DNA from: Candidatus Curtissbacteria bacterium RIFOXYA1_FULL_41_14
GTDB taxonomy: Bacteria; Patescibacteriota; Microgenomatia; Curtissbacterales; GWA2-41-24
Direction of reading: 5' to 3'
Assembly: GCA_001775095.1 (NCBI GenBank)
Contig: MFCA01000002.1
Span: 1 to 55,702, forward strand
DNA: 55,702 nt
Part shown: positions 33,617 through 44,343 of the stretch, piece after piece
Layout of the letters: every line of letters begins with the position of its first letter
How positions within the stretch are numbered: position 1 is the first letter of the stretch
Made by a program: the position numbers and the translations under genes
The notes under the pieces: generated by a model
What the model was told of the DNA's origin: nothing
The model's database searches: none
The model's input: only the letters and a program-made list of their open reading frames with translations

Positions 33617-34831
33617 CTAAAATTGGCTCGTTAGATTGTAGATGGGTAAGATGATCGAAAGTACCAAAATTCCCACACCCGCACCTAAGATCACTAATAT
33701 AACCGGCTCCAGCGCTGTTGTTAAATTACGAATCAGATTCTCGCTCTCCGCCTCAAAGTAGACAGAAAGCCTCACTAAGACCTCATCCATTTTACCGGTT
33801 TCCTCACCAACTCTGACCATCTGGCCGATAATTGGCGGAAAATCAGGGTTAGTTGCCAGTGGCTGGTAAAGTGGTGAACCTCGCTCGACTCTCGAGATTA
33901 CAAATTCAATCCCTTCTTTGTAAGAAGGAGTTGCTAAAAGATCGGCAACCACCCTAAGGGCAGTAATAATCGGAATACCGCTGCCAATCAATAAACCTAA
34001 AGTTCTTGTAAATTGCGCCAGGACTAAGGTTTTGCGGATTTTTCCCCAAATAGGTAATCTAAGCACCATATTTGAAACTATCATGCTGCCCTTAGGAGTA
34101 CTTACAAAAGCCTTAAAGCTATAGATAAACGCCCCAATCATCATCAAAAGAAGCCACCAAAAATTTCTCATAAAGTTTGAGGTAAAAATTAAAACTCTAG
34201 TAGGCAGCGGCAAAGCAGCGCCGATTTCAGTATAAAGGCTGGTTAATTTCGGAATAACAAAAATCATCATTATACTCATAACAATAATCATCACCACAAC
34301 AACAATTCCCGGATAAATAAAAGCGCCTCTGGTTTTAGATTTAAACTCTCTTTCTTTTTCTAAAGACTCGGCCAGTTTATTCAAAACTTTATCCAAAACG
34401 CCTCCGGTCTCTCCGGCTTCTACCAATCTAATATAAATCACATTAAAAATTTTAGGATGTTTACCCAAAGCCCCAGAAAGAGAAATTCCGCCTTCCACAT
34501 CTGCTACAACTTCAGAAAGAACCCGGATAAAATGCTTATTCTTTGTCTGTTTTTCCAGAATAACCAGAGCATCAGTCAGAGGAAGACCCGCCGAGATCAT
34601 CGTTGAAAGCTGTCTTGTAAAACCTACTATTTCAGAAGAAGGTACGCCTCCAGTTCTAGGTAGAACTTTCTCAATGGAAATTCTGGATTGAGTACCGCGC
34701 TCTTTAATATCAATCGGTACCAGGCCTTGACCTTGAAGTGTTGTAACTAAAGCTTTCTCATCGATTGCTTCGACTTCCCCGACAAACTTTTTACCGGAAG
34801 TATCTTTTGCGCTGTAACGATAAAGTGACAT
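33617..34831 (-). CDS. pilC: Type IV pilus platform protein PilC (GspF family)
   Basis: Two T2SS-F repeats (...GLPL.DAL..L......; GSPLYQPL) and three TM segments. Confidence 0.92.
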   Translation of the reverse strand: MSLYRYSAKDTSGKKFVGEVEAIDEKALVTTLQGQGLVPIDIKERGTQSRISIEKVLPRTGGVPSSEIVGFTRQLSTMISAGLPLTDALVILEKQTKNKHFIRVLSEVVADVEGGISLSGALGKHPKIFNVIYIRLVEAGETGGVLDKVLNKLAESLEKEREFKSKTRGAFIYPGIVVVVMIIVMSIMMIFVIPKLTSLYTEIGAALPLPTRVLIFTSNFMRNFWWLLLMMIGAFIYSFKAFVSTPKGSMIVSNMVLRLPIWGKIRKTLVLAQFTRTLGLLIGSGIPIITALRVVADLLATPSYKEGIEFVISRVERGSPLYQPLATNPDFPPIIGQMVRVGEETGKMDEVLVRLSVYFEAESENLIRNLTTALEPVILVILGAGVGILVLSIILPIYNLTSQF

Positions 34832-34839
34832 ATTTTCAG

Positions 34840-34867
34840 TGTCTAGTTGCTAGTGGCTAGTGACTAG
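34840..34867. repeat. Heptamer array tgNctag x4 immediately upstream of pilC, overlapping the pilT stop
   Basis: tgtctag ttgctag tggctag tgactag. Confidence 0.85.
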
Positions 34868-35930
34868 AACCCTCGCTATTGTTTCCCACCAGCCTATCTA
34901 ATTCGTCCTGTCTAATGCTATAACTTTTAGCGACATCAAGAGCAACCCTGCCGGCACTAACCAGATATGCCAAAGATGCATCAAGAAGAACCATTCCTGC
35001 TTCACCCGATGTCTGAATAATATTGTCGATCATATGGCTTTTTGCTTCTCTGATTGCTGTCTGCACAGCGCCGGAAGTCATAAGGATTTCAACAGCGGGT
35101 AATCTTCCTCCGCCAATTGCCGGTACAAGTCTCATCGAGACTACTGCAGCAATGGTTTCAGCAAGCTGCAGGCGGACTTGGGCCTGCTGATTTTGCGGAA
35201 AGACATCAATAATCCTATCAATAGACTGCGCAGCTGAATTTGTGTGAAGGGTTGCGAAGACTAAATGTCCTGTTTCGGCAATGGTGATAGCAGACGCTAT
35301 CGTTTCATAATCACGCATTTCTCCAACTAAAACCACATCCGGATCTTCACGCAGAGCCGATCTTAAAGCAACCTCCCAAGAGTGAGTATCGAGGTGCATT
35401 TCTCTTTGAGAGATCAAGGATTTACCTTTGGGGTAAACATATTCTATAGGATCCTCAATGGTCACAACGTGAAGAGCTCGAGTCTGATGAATTTCATTGA
35501 TAATTGAGGCAATGGTGGTCGATTTACCATGTCCGGTAGGTCCAGTTATCAGAATGAACCCCTGGCGAAGTTTTACGAAATTGTGACAAATCCTAGGAAG
35601 ATTCAGTTCCTCAATTGATTTAATATAAGAGGGGATAAGCCGCAGTGCCGCAGAAAGATAACCCTTTTGAAAATAAGCATTTACCCTAAATCTGGCAACC
35701 TCTCCAAGTGCAAATGAAAAATCCAACTCTTTATTAACAAGTAACATCTCCTTTTGCTCGGGAGATAAAAGCTCAAATACTAAGCTTTCGGTATCTTCTG
35801 GCGTCAAGAGTGCGCCTGAAACAGGCAAAAGCTGCCCGTCAATACGAATCATCGCTGGTGCCCCGGTTATCAGATGAAGATCTGAGGCTTCCTTTTTAAC
35901 AACTATTTCTAAGTATTCCTGTATAGACAT
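34857..35930 (-). CDS. pilT: Twitching-motility (retraction) ATPase PilT
   Basis: GPTGHGKST Walker A, VGEMRD, TGHLVFATLHT, and the IREAKSHMIDNIIQTS PilT signature region. Confidence 0.92.
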   Translation of the reverse strand: MSIQEYLEIVVKKEASDLHLITGAPAMIRIDGQLLPVSGALLTPEDTESLVFELLSPEQKEMLLVNKELDFSFALGEVARFRVNAYFQKGYLSAALRLIPSYIKSIEELNLPRICHNFVKLRQGFILITGPTGHGKSTTIASIINEIHQTRALHVVTIEDPIEYVYPKGKSLISQREMHLDTHSWEVALRSALREDPDVVLVGEMRDYETIASAITIAETGHLVFATLHTNSAAQSIDRIIDVFPQNQQAQVRLQLAETIAAVVSMRLVPAIGGGRLPAVEILMTSGAVQTAIREAKSHMIDNIIQTSGEAGMVLLDASLAYLVSAGRVALDVAKSYSIRQDELDRLVGNNSEGSSH

Positions 35931-35976
35931 TTGACTTAATTGGTCCTACAAGTCTTATAAGTCGTATAGGACTTGT

Positions 35977-37728
35977 TTACTCCTCCGCAACTCTCAGCAC
36001 TTCTTCGATAGTCGTAACCCCTTCAATAACTTTTAAAAATCCGTCTTGTTTCATAGCTATCATACCTTCGCTAATTGCTTGACTGGCAATTACCATGGCT
36101 GGCTCATGGCTAAGCACCATTCTAGAAACCTTTTCAGAAACAACTAAAACTTCAAAAATACCAATACGTCCTAAATATCCGGTATTATTGCATTCCCGGC
36201 ATCCCTTGCCCGCATAGAAAGTTACTTGTTTACCTTTTTCAAATTTATAAATACCTTCTAAATCCTTTTTTATTCCCGCTAATATTTCCTCTGTCGGCGG
36301 TTTTGGATACCTGCATGCAGAACAAATCCTTCTTACAACTCGCTGACCAACTACGCATGTTACCGTTGAAGCAATTAGATACGGTTCTGCCTGCATGTCC
36401 AGAAGTCGTGGCAAAGCTCCAGCTGCATCATTAGTATGAAGTGTTGAAAAAACTAAATGACCGGTTAGAGCTGCTTGTATTGCCAATTCTGTCGTCTCTG
36501 TGTCACGAATCTCACCAACCATAATAATGTTAGGATCCTGACGCAGAAATGACCGCAGTCCGGAAGCAAACGTCAAACCAGCCTGTAGGTTCACCTGAAC
36601 TTGATTCACTCCGGCGATCTGATATTCGATAGGATCTTCTAAAGTCATAATGTTAACCTTTGTTGAATTCAACTTGGACAAAATTGCGTAAAGTGTCGTT
36701 GTCTTCCCAGAGCCAGTAGGACCGCAAACAAGAATAATCCCGTGAGGTCTGGCGATATTTTCCTCCAGATGTTTAATTGCTATACCACGAAGTCCAAGCT
36801 CCGGCAGTGAGGGAACACCGCCGGTTTTTTTAAGAAGCCTCATTACCACCTTTTCCCCATAAGCAGTAGGCATAGTCGAAAGTCTCAAATCCAAATCTTC
36901 CTGGCCGATTTTAAAGTTAAAACGGGCATCCTGAGGCAAGCGCTTTTCATCGATCTTCATGTTACCTAAAATTTTTATTCTGGAAACAATAGCATCGTGA
37001 ATGCGTCTCGGTAAAATTAACTTCTCATGTAAAATTCCATCAATTCGATAGCGAATTCTTGTCTCGTTTTCCAAAGGCTCAATATGAATATCAGAGGCCC
37101 TGACTTTAATACCGTATTCCAAAAGTGTTGAAACAATTCTGGCAACAGGAGCTTCCCCTAAAATACCGCTTACTTCTGTCTGTATAGTCAGCGGTGCAGT
37201 TAGTCCGGGTGCAGCTTCTTTTAAGGCTTCACCAACTTCAAAAGAAAGCCCTCGACTGTACTGCTCAGCGACTGCTCTCTGAATAGACTGGCTAGTAGCA
37301 ATGTATGGCCTGACAGCAAGACCGGATTTTTTCTCAATAAACTCCAACACCTGTAAGTCCAAGGGGTCAACCATGGCAACAGCGATGGTATCTTTTTCTC
37401 TGGCTATAGGAATTACCGTAAATCTTCTGGCAACCTCTTCAGGCAGATAAGCTAAAACTTCAGGTGAAATTGGTTGTTGAGCAGGATCAACATAAGGAAC
37501 CCCTATAATTTTACCTTTAGCAGCGACAAGCTGCTCTTCATTAACCCAGCCCATCTGGGAAAGAATTTTTTCGGTGGATTCTTGTCTTCTTTTAGCTTCA
37601 TTTTTGATAAAATCCAGCTGCTGAGAGGTTAGTAAACCTTGAGATGCTAAGACATCTTCAATAAAAGAAGAGTGCGTCGAAGAATTCGTACTACTTTGCA
37701 GATTAAACCTCTGGGCAGTATCCGCCAT
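35977..37728 (-). CDS. pilB: Type IV pilus assembly ATPase PilB (GspE family)
   Basis: N-terminal GSPII_E_N-like domain, GPTGSGKTTT, VGEIRD, TGHLVFSTLHT, tetracysteine CSAC...CRECNNTGY. The ATG at 37728 is preferred over the upstream start. Confidence 0.92.
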   Translation of the reverse strand: MADTAQRFNLQSSTNSSTHSSFIEDVLASQGLLTSQQLDFIKNEAKRRQESTEKILSQMGWVNEEQLVAAKGKIIGVPYVDPAQQPISPEVLAYLPEEVARRFTVIPIAREKDTIAVAMVDPLDLQVLEFIEKKSGLAVRPYIATSQSIQRAVAEQYSRGLSFEVGEALKEAAPGLTAPLTIQTEVSGILGEAPVARIVSTLLEYGIKVRASDIHIEPLENETRIRYRIDGILHEKLILPRRIHDAIVSRIKILGNMKIDEKRLPQDARFNFKIGQEDLDLRLSTMPTAYGEKVVMRLLKKTGGVPSLPELGLRGIAIKHLEENIARPHGIILVCGPTGSGKTTTLYAILSKLNSTKVNIMTLEDPIEYQIAGVNQVQVNLQAGLTFASGLRSFLRQDPNIIMVGEIRDTETTELAIQAALTGHLVFSTLHTNDAAGALPRLLDMQAEPYLIASTVTCVVGQRVVRRICSACRYPKPPTEEILAGIKKDLEGIYKFEKGKQVTFYAGKGCRECNNTGYLGRIGIFEVLVVSEKVSRMVLSHEPAMVIASQAISEGMIAMKQDGFLKVIEGVTTIEEVLRVAEE

Positions 37729-37807
37729 GTTAAAAAGTAAACTAGTGTCTAGCAGGACTAGCGGGTAGTTCAAAGTACGCAAAAACTACTAGACCCTATT
37801 CGCTAGT

Positions 37808-37838
37808 TTTTCTAGACTCTATCTTGATCATAGCAAAT
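37808..37838 (-). promoter_or_regulatory. Conserved pil-operon module (TGcTATGAT extended -10, then AGAGTCTAGAAAAA) upstream of pilB
   Basis: Minus strand reads atttgctatgatcaagatagagtctagaaaaa. Paralogous to 20984-21014. Confidence 0.5.
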
Positions 37839-37890
37839 CCGAAGGGCAAATTGAAAATAGGCAAAAGGGGAAGTAGAATGGATGGGTAAA

Positions 37891-38047
37891 TTCAAAATTC
37901 AAAAGGCAAAAGTCAAAATTATGGTAAGTTCTCGATCCTTCGATGAACTCAGAACTCGAACAATAACATATTCTTCGAGTGAGTCAGCGAAGTGACGAAT
38001 CGAGAAGTTTCCTTACTTTTGACTTCTAACTTATAACTTTTAACTTA
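37891..38047. repeat. Composite nested palindrome: inverted heptamer arms (ttcaaaa.../...ttataac ttttaac) around a GC-richer core
   Basis: The core gttctcgatccttcgatgaactcagaactcgaacaata...ttcttcgagtgag is homologous to 4985-5046 and 52862-52963. The right arm abuts the holB ATG. Confidence 0.8.
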
Positions 38048-38055
38048 TTTAAACT

Positions 38056-38748
38056 ATGTCTTTATTCCAATCCTACCTTATCATCGGAGAGGCAAGTCAA
38101 AGAAGAATCCAAACAGAAACCCTCGCCAAAAATCTGGGAATTGATCTTAAAAAAGTTTCTCCGGACATTTTCATAATCGCACCTCAAGATCAGTCGATAT
38201 CAATAAGCCAAGTACGGGATCTAAAAGCCCACATATTTGAAAAACCCGTAAAGTCCAAGTATAAATTTATAATTATTGAAAGTGCCCATAACTTAACCGT
38301 AGAAGCCCAAAACGCACTTCTTAAAATCCTCGAAGAACCGCCGGATTGCGCCATCATCGTCATGGAGGCCAAAACCAGACAAGACCTTTTACCAACAATC
38401 CTCTCAAGAGTAGTCATTAAACGTTCCCAGCAGTCAAAAGCACATTTGTCCTCAAATCCAATATCTTATGAAAAAGAAAATCTTCTAGCTGATTTAGAAA
38501 CAATCGCTCAAGTCAAAGACCCCACAGATTGGATTGATGAACAAATTCAACTACTCTACTGGCAATTACTTGAAAATCTAAAGGATGAAAACTTTTCATC
38601 AGCTATTTGGCATTTAGCACAAATTATCAACAGGTTCCAAAAAGCTAAAATAATGATCGAAGCCAATGTAGACTCAAAATTTGCTCTTGCAGATTTGATT
38701 TTTAGCCTTAAATCGCTTGACTATCCTAAACTTAACCAGTTACATTAA
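38056..38748 (+). CDS. holB: DNA polymerase III delta' subunit (short form)
   Basis: AQNALLKILEEPP and PTILSRV motifs. 230 aa. Confidence 0.8.
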   Translation: MSLFQSYLIIGEASQRRIQTETLAKNLGIDLKKVSPDIFIIAPQDQSISISQVRDLKAHIFEKPVKSKYKFIIIESAHNLTVEAQNALLKILEEPPDCAIIVMEAKTRQDLLPTILSRVVIKRSQQSKAHLSSNPISYEKENLLADLETIAQVKDPTDWIDEQIQLLYWQLLENLKDENFSSAIWHLAQIINRFQKAKIMIEANVDSKFALADLIFSLKSLDYPKLNQLH

Positions 38749-38764
38749 TTAGCCTTAGTTTAGC

Positions 38765-38793
38765 TTGCACTAGAAGCACATTTTTGCTACAAT
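38765..38793 (+). promoter_or_regulatory. Putative promoter TTGCAC-17-(TGc)TACAAT upstream of gyrB
   Basis: Read directly. Transcription would pass through the family A elements before gyrB. Confidence 0.4.
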
Positions 38794-38836
38794 TAATATA
38801 ATGGCCGCTCATCTCAGAGACTTATCACTTTTCACT

Positions 38837-40845
<2,009 letters not shown>

Positions 40846-40851
40846 AATACT

Positions 40852-41382
40852 ATGCCTGAGCCTGAAACAAAAACAGCAGAACTACAAGGTCCAAAATCTT
40901 GGAATGCTCAACCGTTCAAAGACCGCGAAACTGAAACCACCGGTATAGGGTTAGAGTCACAACCATTTAGTATACCAGGGGTTGGTCAGGCGGTTTTTAG
41001 AGTATCTGCAGGTTATCTTGGTAAAGGGCTTGATACCAGATTTTTTACAAGACCTGTAAGTATCCTTGTCGAAGTTGAACTGGTTGAAGACGATGAATCT
41101 CGACGGACATTCGATTACTGGAGACGTAATCTAGAAGTCCAAATTTGCTTGAAGAATCAAAAGATTCTATGGGGTTACCCTGATGAAACAAATAAAACCC
41201 CCAACAAAATCCTCTTTGATCGCTGGACAACAGAAAGACGATACAGAGAATGGGCCCAGACGGGAGATAATAAACTCGAACCTACTCTTTTAATCGTTAA
41301 CGCAGATGAAATTCCAAATCTTCGTTTTCAATTTGTAGACAGTATGGCTACAAATGTACGCATGGAGACTAAGTCAGCCTGA
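40852..41382 (+). CDS. Hypothetical protein encoded between gyrB and gyrA
   Basis: 176-aa ORF starting 6 nt after the gyrB stop. Trp/Arg-rich with no recognisable motif. Followed by an 8-bp palindrome (aagctaat-gca-attagctt). Confidence 0.55.
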   Translation: MPEPETKTAELQGPKSWNAQPFKDRETETTGIGLESQPFSIPGVGQAVFRVSAGYLGKGLDTRFFTRPVSILVEVELVEDDESRRTFDYWRRNLEVQICLKNQKILWGYPDETNKTPNKILFDRWTTERRYREWAQTGDNKLEPTLLIVNADEIPNLRFQFVDSMATNVRMETKSA

Positions 41383-41453
41383 AAATGATCTTTTCGTCCA
41401 AAGTTATCGAAGAACTAAAATAAAAGCTAATGCAATTAGCTTCCATAACTTGT

Positions 41454-41488
41454 GACTTTTAACTTATAACTTATAACTTTTAACTTAA
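41454..41488. repeat. Heptamer array (gactttt aacttat aacttat aactttt aacttaa) ending 5 nt before the gyrA ATG
   Basis: Read directly. Confidence 0.9.
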
Positions 41489-41493
41489 ATAAA

Positions 41494-44145
41494 ATGGCTG
41501 ATATCGGCAAAATCCAACCAGTTGAAATAATCGAGGAAATGCAAAGGTCTTATCTGGACTATGCAATGAGCGTTATTGTTGCCCGGGCGCTGCCGGATGT
41601 TCGCGACGGCTTAAAACCTGTGCAGCGAAGAATTATCTATGCGATGCAGAGAATAGGTGTTACCCATAGCGCCCGCTACACTAAAAGCGCCAAGGTTGTC
41701 GGTGAAGTCTTAGGTAAATATCATCCCCACGGCGATGCTCCTGTCTACGAAGCGCTTGTTAGAATGGCTCAAAATTTCTCGATGCGTATACCGCTCATTG
41801 ATGGCCAAGGTAACTTCGGGTCAGTTGACGGTGACCCTCCGGCTGCTATGCGCTATACGGAAGCCCGCCTGGCCCATATCACCGAAACTTTACTTTACGA
41901 TCTTGACAAAAACACGGTCGATTTTGCCGACAATTTTGATGGTACTCTAAAAGAACCCATATTTTTACCGGCACTTTTACCAAATCTGTTAATTAATGGG
42001 GCATCCGGCATCGCCGTTGGTATGGCTACCAACATTCCTCCTCATAATTTGGGCGAAATTATTGACGCCGTGATCTGCTTAATCAATAACCCTGAAAGTT
42101 CTGTCGAAGGTCTGATGGAAAGTGTCAAAGGCCCGGATTTCCCGACCGGCGCCCAAATTTACGATATAAGCGAGATAACTGCTGCCTATGCTACCGGCCG
42201 GGGCAAAATTTTAATGCGCGGCAAAGCGGATATAGAAGAAACTAAGGCAGGTAAATTCCAAATAATAATCACCGAAATCCCTTACCAAGTCAACAAAGCA
42301 ACTCTGGTTACTAAAATTGCCGATCTTGTCAAAGAGAAAAAACTGGATGGCATCTCTGATTTGCGCGACGAATCAGATCGAAGAGGCATGCGTATAGTTA
42401 TTGAGCTCAAACGGGATGCCAGACCTCAATCAGTACTTAACAATCTTTATAAACATACGGCGCTGCAACAGTCCTTCCCGGTCAATATGGTAGCTCTTGT
42501 CGATGGTACTCCTCAAACCCTTACGCTCAAGATGATCCTAGAGGAGTTTATCAAACACCGTCAAAAGGTCATCATACGAAGAAGCCAGTTTGAACTTGAT
42601 GAAGCTAAGAAACGCGCCCACATTCTGGAAGGGCTAAAAATTGCCGTAGACAACATCGACGCTGTTATCGAAACAATCAAAAAGAGTAAAGACCCTGCTG
42701 AGGCTAAAGTCAACCTAATGCAGAAGTTTAAATTAACGGAAGTCCAAGCGCTGGCTATTCTTGACATGCAGCTTAAAAGACTTGCTGCCTTGGAAAGGCA
42801 AAAAATTGAGGAGGAATTAGCGATGACTTTGGAAGAAATTGCCTACTTGGAAGAACTGCTTAAAAGCCCCGAGAAGATACTTGAAGTTGCTAAAGGAGAA
42901 CTTTTAAAGATTAAAGAGCGCTTCGGTGACGACCGACGAACTCGAGTTTTCAAACAAAAAATAGGTGAATTCTCCGAAGAAGACCTCATTGCAAATGAAG
43001 CAACAATTGTGACTATCACCGTCGGCGGCTATGTCAAAAGACAGGATATTGGTTCATTTCGCACCCAAAGACGGGGAGGCAAAGGCATCTCTGGTATTAC
43101 TACAAAAGAAGAAGACACTGTTGCCCATCTTTTCGCAGCCTATACTCACGATAATTTACTTTTCTTTACCGACAAAGGACGAGTCTTCCAACTTAAGGTC
43201 TACGATCTCCCGGAAAGTTCGAGAACATCCAAAGGTGTAGCCATCGTCAATCTTTTGGATCTTTCCCAGGACGAAAAAGTCCTTTCAATCTTGCCTGTCA
43301 AGAAAAATAAAGAAGCAACAACTAACAACTACAAATATGTACTGATGGCTACCAAAAATGGGGTGGTTAAAAAAACCGAAATTAACCAGTATGCATCAAT
43401 TAGAAGATCAGGAATTATAGCCATAAAATTGTCAGGTGATGACCAACTGCGCTGGGCAAAATTAACTACCGGGGATAATATTGTTTTTCTGGTTTCGAGA
43501 CACGGTATGTCCATTAAATTTGACGAGAGAGATGTCCGGCCAATGGCACGGGATACGATGGGTGTGCGCGGCATAAAAATTAAGACGGGCGATGAACTTA
43601 TCGGAATGGACGTTATCGACAAAAATGACATTAAAGCCGACCTTCTAGTTGTTACCGACAAAGGAATTGGTAAAAAAACTCAGGGTTTAGCCTGGCCAAA
43701 ACAGCTAAGAGGCGGCGTTGGCGTAAAGGCTGCCAACCTTACAGACAAAACCGGCGAAATCGTCTGCGCCCAAATTCTGACCAAAGCAGATGAAGCACTA
43801 ATTTTAACTTCTCAAAAAGGTCAAGTAATGAGAACGACCTTAAGATCAATCCCCAGACTGACGCGCGATACCCAAGGTGTAATTATCATGAGACTTGGGT
43901 CAGACGACAAGGTGGCTGCGACGACTGTCATTCAAAAAAAACAAGACGAGGAGCAAATACCAGACGTAACCGTTAAATCTGTGCCAAAAAAGCCAAAAAT
44001 TACACCTAAGACTCAGATAAAAATTAAATCCCAACAAACAATCAAAGTTAAATCTAAACCTAAAGCCTATTTTAGGGCTAAATCGAAACCACAAGTGAAA
44101 ACAAAACTAAAAATAAAAGTTGTTAAAAAGGCAAAAAAGAGGTAA
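41494..44145 (+). CDS. gyrA: DNA gyrase subunit A with a Lys-rich C-terminal tail
   Basis: [16 protein letters not shown], active-site region [10 protein letters not shown], beta-pinwheel CTD. The last ~60 aa are KxK-rich. Confidence 0.97.
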   Translation: MADIGKIQPVEIIEEMQRSYLDYAMSVIVARALPDVRDGLKPVQRRIIYAMQRIGVTHSARYTKSAKVVGEVLGKYHPHGDAPVYEALVRMAQNFSMRIPLIDGQGNFGSVDGDPPAAMRYTEARLAHITETLLYDLDKNTVDFADNFDGTLKEPIFLPALLPNLLINGASGIAVGMATNIPPHNLGEIIDAVICLINNPESSVEGLMESVKGPDFPTGAQIYDISEITAAYATGRGKILMRGKADIEETKAGKFQIIITEIPYQVNKATLVTKIADLVKEKKLDGISDLRDESDRRGMRIVIELKRDARPQSVLNNLYKHTALQQSFPVNMVALVDGTPQTLTLKMILEEFIKHRQKVIIRRSQFELDEAKKRAHILEGLKIAVDNIDAVIETIKKSKDPAEAKVNLMQKFKLTEVQALAILDMQLKRLAALERQKIEEELAMTLEEIAYLEELLKSPEKILEVAKGELLKIKERFGDDRRTRVFKQKIGEFSEEDLIANEATIVTITVGGYVKRQDIGSFRTQRRGGKGISGITTKEEDTVAHLFAAYTHDNLLFFTDKGRVFQLKVYDLPESSRTSKGVAIVNLLDLSQDEKVLSILPVKKNKEATTNNYKYVLMATKNGVVKKTEINQYASIRRSGIIAIKLSGDDQLRWAKLTTGDNIVFLVSRHGMSIKFDERDVRPMARDTMGVRGIKIKTGDELIGMDVIDKNDIKADLLVVTDKGIGKKTQGLAWPKQLRGGVGVKAANLTDKTGEIVCAQILTKADEALILTSQKGQVMRTTLRSIPRLTRDTQGVIIMRLGSDDKVAATTVIQKKQDEEQIPDVTVKSVPKKPKITPKTQIKIKSQQTIKVKSKPKAYFRAKSKPQVKTKLKIKVVKKAKKR

Positions 44146-44191
44146 TGTTGTCATGATGTTAAGGAAAAAACCGGCAACGATACTCCACTTA

Positions 44192-44216
44192 GAAGCCCCA
44201 GGGGCTTCTTTTTTTA
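44192..44216 (+). terminator. Intrinsic terminator after gyrA
   Basis: gaagcc-ccagg-ggcttc followed by ttttttt. Confidence 0.75.
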
Positions 44217-44237
44217 ATTTGCACAAAAGTGCAAATT
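44216..44237. promoter_or_regulatory. Perfect 9-4-9 palindrome AATTTGCAC-AAAA-GTGCAAATT (possible operator)
   Basis: Read directly, between the gyrA terminator and carA. Confidence 0.3.
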
Positions 44238-44312
44238 ATATCAGAGGAGCGCCATTGGCAGGACGAGTCGAGTCTGACTCGACGAAGTCTGCCAAGACGA
44301 CCTGCTGATATA
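44237..44312. repeat. Family A palindromic element (most complete copy)
   Basis: tatatcagaggagcgccattggcaggacgagtcgagtctgactcgacgaagtctgccaagacgacctgctgatata. The right end is TGaTATAAA, 6 nt before an ATG at 44321. Confidence 0.9.
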
Positions 44313-44343
44313 AATTAACAATGGCAAACGAAAAAAATACAAA

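Noticed and set aside
37729-37782. N-terminal extension of pilB (MRTLNYPLVLLDTSLLFN)
   Set aside because: The extension is encoded by the CTAG-rich repeat and promoter module. The ATG at 37728 gives a typical PilB N-terminus.
44120-44308. 62-aa plus-strand ORF after gyrA
   Set aside because: It spans the gyrA stop, the intrinsic terminator, the 22-bp palindrome and the family A element, so a coding function is implausible.
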